Shown here: positions 28,211 to 37,400 of the stretch, piece after piece
Layout: every line of letters begins with the position of its first letter
Position numbering within the stretch: position 1 is the stretch's first letter
Position numbers and translations under genes: made by a program
Assembly (NCBI GenBank): GCA_000092065.1
Contig: CP000584.1
From: Ostreococcus lucimarinus
Taxonomy: Eukaryota
Length of the DNA stretch: 64,000 bases
Direction: 5' to 3' (one strand)
The notes under the pieces: model-generated
What the model was told of the DNA's origin: nothing
The model's database searches: none
The model's input: only the letters and a program-made list of their open reading frames with translations

Positions 28211-28741
28211 TCACTTTCGCGCGCCGGCGCCTTTTTTCTTCGCGCCCTTCGCGCCCGGCGGCGGCTTCGGTTTCGGATTCGCAGTCGCCGTCGGCTTTGG
28301 TTTCGCCGGCGCCGGCGCCGGCGCCGGTTCTTTCGCCGCGGATGTCGACGTCGATTCTTCAACGGGTGTCTTCGCCTTCGCCGTCGGTTTCTTCGCCTTC
28401 GCCGTCGGTTTCTTCTTCTTCTTCTTCGTCTCCGCGCTCAACCCGTCGAGGTACGCGAGCTGAATCGTTTGATAACTCTTTGAGAACTTACTCGCCTTCT
28501 CCGGTTTCACGAACGTGCTCACCTTGCGCTTCCCATCGCTCGCGCGCACGAGCACGCCGTATTCGCTTCCCGGCGCGCGTATCTCCTCCAGCGTCGGATC
28601 CGGTCGCTTCGTGCCTTTCGGTCGAGGTTTGTTCGTCGGCTTGGTGATCTTCATCACGCACGACACCGACCCTTTCGCGCGCGTGCGCTCGTACAGTTTG
28701 GTGAGTTCGGTGAGAAACGCATCGTTTTCCAACAGCACCAT
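28211..28741 (-). CDS. SRP14: signal recognition particle 14 kDa protein
   Basis: Last 176 codons of minus ORF 28211..29452. MVLLENDAFLTELTKLYERTRAKGSVSCVMKI... then a Lys/Ala/Pro-rich tail. Colinear with metazoan SRP14 (MVLLESEQFLTELTRLF...GSVYITLKK...LLRATDGKKKIST). The upstream 237 codons of the ORF are antisense artefact of the TPR gene. Confidence 0.8.
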   Translation of the reverse strand: MVLLENDAFLTELTKLYERTRAKGSVSCVMKITKPTNKPRPKGTKRPDPTLEEIRAPGSEYGVLVRASDGKRKVSTFVKPEKASKFSKSYQTIQLAYLDGLSAETKKKKKKPTAKAKKPTAKAKTPVEESTSTSAAKEPAPAPAPAKPKPTATANPKPKPPPGAKGAKKKGAGARK

Positions 28742-28897
28742 GGTCCTCGGTCCGTCGCGCGCGCGCGCTCGGGATCGATCGGTCGGTCGATCGATCGAAT
28801 CCGCGCCTCGGAGTGACGTTCGATTTCGAATCGCGCGTCGAATCTCGTCCGCACTCGACGACGCGCGACCGCTTCGCGCGCGGTCGTCCACCGCTCG
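28742..28897. promoter_or_regulatory. inferred bidirectional promoter between SRP14 (-) and TPR (+), containing two CGATCGATCG palindromic copies
   Basis: 156-bp spacer between two divergent ATGs. Contains ggatcgatcggtcggtcgatcgatcgaatc and a near-palindrome cgatttcgaatcg. Promoter function is inference only. Confidence 0.3.
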
Positions 28898-31800
28898 ATG
28901 CCGGACGCCGACGCCGGCGACGCCGCGCGTCCGGGCACGCCCGACACCGAGTATCCGTCGAAGAAAGTCGATGAAGCGCGCATGAAGGCGGACGCGCTCG
29001 AGCGCGAACATCTCGCGGTGACGATGCAGCGCAGGCACGACGCGCTGCGGGAAGAGCTCAAGAGCGCGCGGGAAGCGCTGGAGAAAACGACGCAAGAGAA
29101 CGCGCGCGTCGTTCGGGACGCGGAAGCGGCGCGAGAGGCGCTGGAAGCGGCGAAAAAGAGCGAACGCGCGCGACGAGAGGAGTGCGAACGCGCGACGCGG
29201 GAACGCGACGAAGCGCGAAACGCGAAACGGGAGTTGCTCGACGCGAATGATCGCAAGGATCGAGAGCGAGAGTCGATGAAGGCGTCGATGGATGGGTACG
29301 TGCGTGCGCTGGAGGCGGCGACGGAGGGGAAGAACAAGGCTGAGGCGGCGGCGCGCAAGGCGACGGCGGACTCGAGCGGGGCGACGGCGGCGACGGCAAA
29401 GCTCGAGAGCGAGGTGCGCGCGTTGAAGGAACATAACGCGTGGTTGACGCAAGAGCTAGAGGCTAAGTCACAGGCTATTCTGACGTCGACCAAGACGTCC
29501 TCAGCGGAGACGTTGCGGTTAGCGCAAGAATTGGAGAGGGAACGAAACGTCTCCGACGCTCGACGAAAAGAGTCGACCGCTTTGAAGGAACAGAATGCGG
29601 AGGCGGAAGCTAAGCTTTCTACGATTGAAGCCGAGCTTAGGCAATTGCGTGCCGATATGGCACGCGCAGAGGCGAATTTCGAGAAGGAACTCATCACTGC
29701 GCAACGCATCTCGGAAGTGTCCAAGGAACTCGTGACGGAGCGCGACGGGCGCATCAAAGAACTCGAAGCGTCTTTGAGCTCCACCGAGGCACTTCTCGAC
29801 GCAAAAAAGGTTGAGTTCGATGTTGCTCTTGCCGAGGCAAAGCACGCGCAGGCACGCGCCGAAACGGACATGGACAATATGAAGAAGCAAGCGAGCGAAT
29901 CCGTCGTCTCCGCGCGCGAATCGCGGCGCTCGCCCCACGCCGAACAGCTTATGCACCTGTCACCCGCCGCGGGGTCTGTCGCACTTCAACGCGATGGCCT
30001 GTCGGCGACGGATTTGTACACCAAGTACGTCGAGGCGGAAGATGCACTGCGCGTCGAGCGCACCGAGCGCGCCATCTTGCAAGAGCACTTGGACGCGATT
30101 ATGTTTGATCTCGAGAAGAAGGCTCCGCTCCTCACCGAGCAGCAAGAGGAGTACCAGCGTGCGTTGAAATCGCATCAAGTGCTGCAATCGAAGCTACAGG
30201 AGTCTGAAAACGCGCGCTACGCGATTCAGGTTGAACTCAACGCGGCGAACATGAACAAGCGAGATCACGAGCGCTTGCTCAATGGTTTTAAAGCGCAAAG
30301 CGCCGATTTGGCGCGACAAGTCGCGCTCTTGCTGAATGAAGTGAATGAGCTCAAGGGGTGCCCGCCGGTGCCCATTCCTGCCGCCGGCAATCGCGGTGGA
30401 GACGCACAGGCGGTGATTACGTCCAGGCTGGTTGATTTTACAGACATTCAATCTTTACAAGCGAAGAATCAAGAGATGCTCTTCGTCATTCGCGAGTTGT
30501 CCGAGGCGCAAGAAGCCAAATCTACTGATGCGCGCGAGGAATACGAGCAAAAACTGCGCGAACTCAAAGAACAGACGAGTCGTCAGTTGGAGGAGCTGTC
30601 GAGCAAGCGCGTGCAACAAGAAAACATGGTTCAAGCTATCGTGCGTCAACGCGACATGTACAAGACCATGTACGCCGCCGCGACGGGCGGCGGCAACGGC
30701 GACGGCGCCGACGCAAACGATCTCGACAGTCGAAACTCTGAACTCGTCGCCATTGGTAGCGGTAGTGGCGTCGCTATGATGGAAACGAACAACGAGCTCG
30801 TCGCGCTGAACAAGGAACTATCGCACGATTTGGAAAAGCTCAAGCGCGAGAGCGCGGATCGCATCAAGGAGTTGCAGCAGCAAGTGGATAACCATCGAGA
30901 AGCCGCCGCCACAGCGCGAGGGGAGGCCAACGCTGCGAAGGCATCGGCTGAATTCGAACGACAACGATACGAGCGACTGAGCGAACAGTTCAGTGCGTCG
31001 CGGCGTGAAGTTGAGACGTTGACGGAGAGAAGTTCGGCGTTATCTCGTGAGAATGCTTCAAACGCCTCGACGTTGCGCACGCAAGCCGCGAGCTTGGACG
31101 CTTCGGAAGAACGCGCGCGCAACGCACAGACGCTGGTATCCAAGCTTGAAAGCGAAAATGCTTTACTCATCATCGAGCAAACGCGTTTGACCGATATCGT
31201 GAACGCAGCGGAAGAAATCAAGACCAAGCTGGAAGCATCACGCGATTCGGCACTCGCACTTTCAACGACTCGGGAGGAAGAACATCAGCGAGAGTACGCT
31301 CGGCTGACGGACGAAGTCGCTCGGTTGCAACAAGATTACTCGCGCGTGCGATCGGAGCTCGATATCGAACGCGGACGCGCTCGACAGCAGTTAGCGGCGC
31401 ACGCGGCGGCGAGTTCTGACTTTGCACAGCGCGCCAAGGCGGACGTGGACGCCAGCGCAACGCTGAAAGAGCAAACTGCGGAGGCAGAGAAGCGGGCAGA
31501 TATCGCTGAAGCGAAACTCGAGATGATGCAAGCCACGCTCGAAAAGACTGAGGATAAACTGCGACTGGCATCTCGCATGACGGGAACGAGCGAGGCCAAC
31601 GTGCTTGGTTCGGGCGCCGCCGGCGCCCTCACCGCGGCGCGAGAGCAAGAGTTACTTCAAGCCGCGCTGAAAGCGGGCGAAGCTGCCGATGAAGCCAAGG
31701 CTGCAGCAGAAGCTGAAAAGTTACACACGGCACAGTTTAAGAATCTTGCGCAGCAAAGTGACGCCGCACTCAAGGATATGACGAAGGCTTTCGAGAAACA

Positions 31801-34282
31801 CAAGGCGCAGAGCGCAAAGGAGGCGAGCGCACTCAAGTCAGAGTGCGCCAAGCTCAAGGCGCAAGTGGCTGATGCGGCGAAAGCGGTTGACGCCAAGCTC
31901 GCCAAGTCCGTCAAGGAAGCTGAAGATAAGGTTGCGCAATACTCAAAGTTAGAGTCCGAGATGAAAAGCGTTCGCGCCGAACTCGAACGCGCCAAGGGCG
32001 AGACCAAGGCGGCGGAGGAACGTGCGGCGAAGGCTGTGAAGGATGTCGAAGACAATCACACAAAGTGGAGAGACGCGCAAAGTCTATACGAAAACGAAGT
32101 TGCAGCTCGAAAGGCTGACGCGGAGAAGATTTCGGCCGCGGAAAGTGCGAAGGCTTCGATTGAGAAGGCTTTAGATGTAGCGAAAGATGCGGCAGCGAAG
32201 GCGGAGCGCGAGCTCGCCGCGTCGCAGGCCAAGGTGACTGCCGAGAAGAACGCACTGGAGGCAGCGAAACGCGATGCCGAATCCAAGTTATCAGACGCTA
32301 GCGAACAGAACAAACGCTTGCATGACATGCTCGAAAAATCGAAGACTGATTCGGCAGGCGATGCCGCGGCGGGCGAAGGCGAGGTGTTGCGCTATTTGCG
32401 CCAAGAGCGCGACGCCGCTCTTGCGCAGGTCACTACGCTCACAACTGAACGTAACAAGTGGCAGCGCGACGCTGAAGTAGCCATGCAAGAAGCCGCGAGC
32501 GCGAAGGAGCGCGTGAAGTCGAGCGAAGCTAGCGCCATGGGAGAAGAGAAGCACAAATCGCTCATGAAGAAAGTGGAGCAACTCAATGCGATAGAGCAAT
32601 CAAACAGCGCGCTTCGAGCAGAGATTGACGCGGCCAAAGCTGATATTGCGGCGGCGAAGTCGCGCGAGAGCGAACTTGGAGCAACTCATGAAGCTACCAA
32701 GACCGAACTCGCCGAAGCAAAGGCTGCAGTCGCGGCACATGATACTGAGATGGAAACGGTACGTAAGGAAGCCAAGCACTGGGAACAACGCGCGTCGCTC
32801 CTCGTCGGCAAATATGGCGACGTCGAAACCGATGAGCAAGGACAAAGCAAATCGCAGATGGAAGAGGCGCTCGCCGAAGCGCAGGCGGAGCTCAAGGCTG
32901 AAAGCGCTCGCGCGGAGAAGGCTAAGTCGCAGTTGGCTATAAGCATGAAGCACATTCGCGTGTACAATCCAGACAAGATCGCCCTTCCCGAGTGGCAGAA
33001 GAAGCAAAAGGAGCAAAGCGAGCGCCTCGCCGAGCTCGAAGCGGCGACAAAGGCTGCGATTTCGCAGAAAAAAGACGAGTCTGATGTTGTCGCACAGCTT
33101 GCTACTGCGAAGAAAGAACTCGATGCGGCGAATGAAAAGGTGAAATCGGCAACGGAAAAGGCGGAGCGCGCCGAGAAGGCTTTGGGCGAGACGACGGCTG
33201 AAGTCGAAAAATTGCGCGAAAACATTAAGAAGCTCGAAGAAGAAGTCGCGAAGACCGTTTCAGCTCCAACCGAACCCGTGTCCAAACAAGAAGAAGCCGA
33301 AGACGCTGAAGAAGGGGAAACTGCTGCCGCACCACCCACGCCCACGTCGGATCGATTCAAGGTCATGGCTCAGAAGATGCAGGCGGAGGCGATGGAAGCC
33401 GCGAAGAAACTTCGAGAGACGGAAGATATGCTCAAGGTGAAAGAGCAGGAACTCGCTGCCGCGCTTAATGATCGAACAGTCGCGTCGGAGAAATGCGCGT
33501 CTCTTCAGAAAGAACTCGATGGTGCGCGTGAAAAACTCAAGCTCGCCGACCAGCTGCGCTCTGCGCTCGAGGCGAAACTTGCGGGCGTGAAGACTCAACA
33601 GAGCGCGCCGCTGACGCAAGCCACCACACCACTCGCCGAGTTGGCGTCAAAAGCGAAGGATTTTGTCCCAACTACAAAGCCACCGGCGGCTCCGGTGCCG
33701 TTCGCGGTCAAAACCGAGGCGAAGAAGGCGCCCGACGACGCCGCGGAGGAGAAGCAAAGACTTCAAGCGCAAATGGACGCGCTCCGCAAAGAGCTCGACG
33801 AAAAGAAAGCCGCCGCCTCTTTGGGCACGAAACGTAAAGTCGACGATGTAGATGTCGCGCAAACAGATGAAGCGCCGACGAAGACGCGCAAAACTGACGC
33901 CGATAGTACTCCCGCGCCCGTCGCCGAAGCACCGGTCGCCGAGACGCCAGTCGTCGAAGTCGAGGCCGCCGCCGCCGCCGATGACGATGACGGGGACGAC
34001 GACGACGATAATGACGGCGACGACGACGCCGAAGAAGGCGAACTCGAAGACGTCGATGATTTCGTCGAGCAGCTGCTCGTCGACGATCCATCCACCGCCG
34101 AAGCCGACGACTCGCCCGCGGGCAAATCAAAATCCGCGCGCGACGCCCCCGGCGCCGACCGTCGCTCGCGCGGTCGAGCCTCGGGCGGTCGCACTCCCGG
34201 CGGCCGCCGACCGCAGAGCAACCGCCAGCGCAATCGCAGCGCCGGTCGAGGCGGGCGAGGCGGGCGAGGGAAGAAGAATTAG
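28898..34282 (+). CDS. TPR: nuclear pore basket protein TPR / Mlp1 / NUA (1794 aa coiled-coil)
   Basis: ATG at 28898. Continuous heptad-rich sequence. Two blocks are near-identical to the TPR/MLP1/2 domain of human TPR: [58 protein letters not shown] (vs LTELYNAYVETQDQL...[28 protein letters not shown]) and [21 protein letters not shown] (vs [20 protein letters not shown]). Acidic [16 protein letters not shown] tract and C-terminal RGG/NLS-like tail as in TPR. Confidence 0.85.
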   Translation: [1794 protein letters not shown]

Positions 34283-34433
34283 ACGAATCGATCCGTTCGC
34301 CGCTTGTAAAACAAACCATTCGCGAATCGCATCGCGACATCCGAAATCACATCGGCGCGCCGGCCCAACGGCATCGACATTCATCGACGCGCGTCGACCG
34401 CGCGCGACGCCGCGGCGCACGTCGACAGGGACG

Positions 34434-37400
34434 ATGTCGGACGAAGTGAAAGAAAACGTACCGACGCGCGCGACGCGCGCGGCGACGCACGCCACGCCGG
34501 CGACGGTGACGCGCGCGAAACGTGGCGGGGGAACGACGAATGTCGGTTCGTCTCTAAACGACGGAGCGAACGCCGTCGACGCGAGCGACGACGCGACCGA
34601 GGCGCTGGCGGCGACGCGCGCGCGGGGCGTCCTCGTGGACGCGTCGAACGGCGGCGAGCTCGGCGGGGACGCGCCGACGGAGGCGATCGCGCCGGGACAC
34701 AAGATGGGCGCGAACGGCGCGGGGGCGGCGAACGGCGTCGCGGGGATATCGAGAGATTTGAAGTCGATGCGCGCGCGCTTGGATGCGGCGAGGAAAGAAA
34801 GCGTGAAAACAGAAGATGCCGCGGTAGCGAGCGCGGCTCCGGTGGTGAGCGCGGCGCCGGTAGTGATGAGTGCGGGGCCGACGGTGAGCGCGGCGGTCGG
34901 CGCCCAGGCTAAACCGACGTCGAGCGGAGTGTCGAGCCTGTATCGCGAGTATTACGAGAACGAAGACTTCATCGAGAAGTGTGAACGAGCGATTAACTTT
35001 AGACCGAAGGCTCGTCAGCACGATTACAAGAATCGCATCGAGGAGTTGACGGCGGCTGTGAAGGCGTCGAAGGATTGCCTGCGACACGTGTTTCAGAATG
35101 GGACAAACTTCTCGAAGGAGTTGGATCGCTATGAGTCGAACGAGCGACAATCTTACGAGGCTTTATCCGCTCAAGTGGACGCTTTGAAGACGTGCGCATC
35201 GACGGCAGAGGCGGAAGCGAAAACGCTTCGAGCGCAGGTGAAGACATTGAAGAGCGAGGCGAACGAAAAGGAAGCCGAGCTGATGAACGAGCGCGAGCGC
35301 GCCGAAGGGACGCTGATGGAAGAGATGAGCGCGGCTAAGGTGGCGTTGGCGTCGCTCGAGAAAGATTTGGAAAAGAAATCTAGGGAACTCGAGAATGCTG
35401 CGAGCAAGTACGCCAAGCTTGAGTCTTCGTACACCGAATCTTCGACTCGCGAAAGCGTCGCCAAGGAGGCGAATAGTAAACTCGAACGAGACGTCAAGCA
35501 GCTCAAGGCTGAAGCTGAGCAAGCCGAGCTCACCTTCGCGGCGGAGCGTCGCGCGCTTGAAGGACAACTTCGCAAGCAGACGAGTGAGCTCGAAGCTGAG
35601 CGAGCGCGGGCGACGGCAGCGCGCGCTCAACTCGAAGACAGCCTTCGCGAGGCAAACTCAGAGTGTGAGTCGTTGCGCGTGCAGGTAAATATGGCTGAAG
35701 AGGCGGCCGCACGCGAAGCCGAACAGTTTGGAAGCTCCGCCGAAGAGTTGCAATCGAAGTTGAACTCGGTTGAGGCGGAACTGAACGAGTTGCGAGCAAA
35801 GGCGTCGGCGGACGAAATCAGCGCTAAGGACACCATCACACAGTTGAGATCAGAAGCGAAGGAAACCAAAAAGGCTTTGACCAAGCAAGAAAATATGCTC
35901 GCGAAGAGAAACGCAAAGATTGAAAAACTTGAAAGTGATATCGCGGCTCTGAATGGTGAAAACTCGAGCACTAGCGCACAAGTTGAAGATTTGGAAGCCA
36001 AGCTCGCTGAAATGAAATCTTCGTACTCGGAGCTCAAGGCCGAGTTCGCGGCGACGAGCGCTGAACTCAAGGCACGCAACGAAGACCTTCTTTCGTTGAA
36101 GGATGAACACAAGTCTACGAGTGAAAGCCTAACTCAAATCAAGGCTTCGCTCGAGAGCGAAAAGGCTACCAAGGCTTCTGAGCTGAAGCGTGCGGAGAAG
36201 GATGTCAAGCGAGCCGAGTCTGATTTGGCGGATGCCAAGGCGCAGTCAAAGAGTCTCATCGAGCAACAAACTCTCATGATGGGCGAGTTGAAGCAAGTGC
36301 GCGAAGAACTGGCGAGTATGGAAGCTGATAGGCGTGATCAACTCGCGAACGGATCAGCGACTTTGCAAGAAGTGCAGAAGCAAGCGCGTCTTGATTTACA
36401 GCAGGCAGAAGATCGTCACCGAGAAGCCGTTGCGGAAGAACGACGTCGCGCAGAAGCCGCTACCATGGCTGCTCAAGAAAAAGCAGAAAAGGAGATTCAA
36501 TCTACTCGTGAAAAGGCCGAAGAGCGCGTCAATACGGCGAATGGAAAGCTTGCCGCGGCTGAGGAGCGCGCGGCTGAGTTTGAGAAGAGTTTGAAGAAGG
36601 CGGAGAAGGAATTGGAAAAAACCACCGCTGCATCGTCTGCAGATGTGGCCGAACTCCAAAAGCAACTCGCCGACGCAAACGATTCTCTCGAAGCACTTCA
36701 AAAAGAACTCGACGATGAGATTCAAGGCGCGGCTGAGGAATTGGCTGCGGTTCAGAAGACGGCGGAGGACAAGGCTGCACGTCTCGCTGAGAAGCATAAG
36801 CGAGCGCAACTAGAACTTGAAGCTAAATTAGCGGAGCAAGTCTCAGGTGCACAGTCGACCGCAGAAGAGCGCATAAAAGAAATCACTGCCAACCTCGCGG
36901 CTGAACAAGATCGGCTGCAAAAGGCTGAAGCTAAGATCGAGAAGCTCTCTGCGGAGAAGGAAACGCAAGTCGAAAAGGCGAATGCAAAGTTGGTCAAGGA
37001 AACTGAAGCCGTCACCGAACTTCAAGCGCAACTCAAGAGCGTCACTAAAGAACAAAAATCCCTGACGAGCGAGAAGGATGCTTTGATGAGCGAGAAGGCT
37101 ACTCTGACGAAGCAGCTCGCCGAGCTCGAAAAGGCGCAAAAGTCGCTCGCTGAGGAATCGGAAACCTCTGCCGCAAAGCACGAAAAGAAGATGAATAAAC
37201 TCGAAACGCGTTTGAAGGCCATGGAAGCCGAGCGTGATGTGCTTGTTGGCGAGCGAGATGCGCTTGAAGTCAAGCTCAGCGAAATCGAGCAAGCCAAGGG
37301 AGACGTTGAAGCCCGCGTGCAAGACGCTTTGAAGGAGAAGGAATCTATCGCTCAGCAACTTGCCGACCTCGAGAAGGCGAAGCACGATATGGAGGCCGCG

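Noticed and set aside
28801-28860. tRNA-like box (gttcgatttcgaatc) in the SRP14/TPR spacer
   Set aside because: Only a partial resemblance to a B-box/T-loop. No acceptor or D-arm/A-box context on either strand. I found no convincing tRNA, rRNA or snRNA anywhere in the window by eye.
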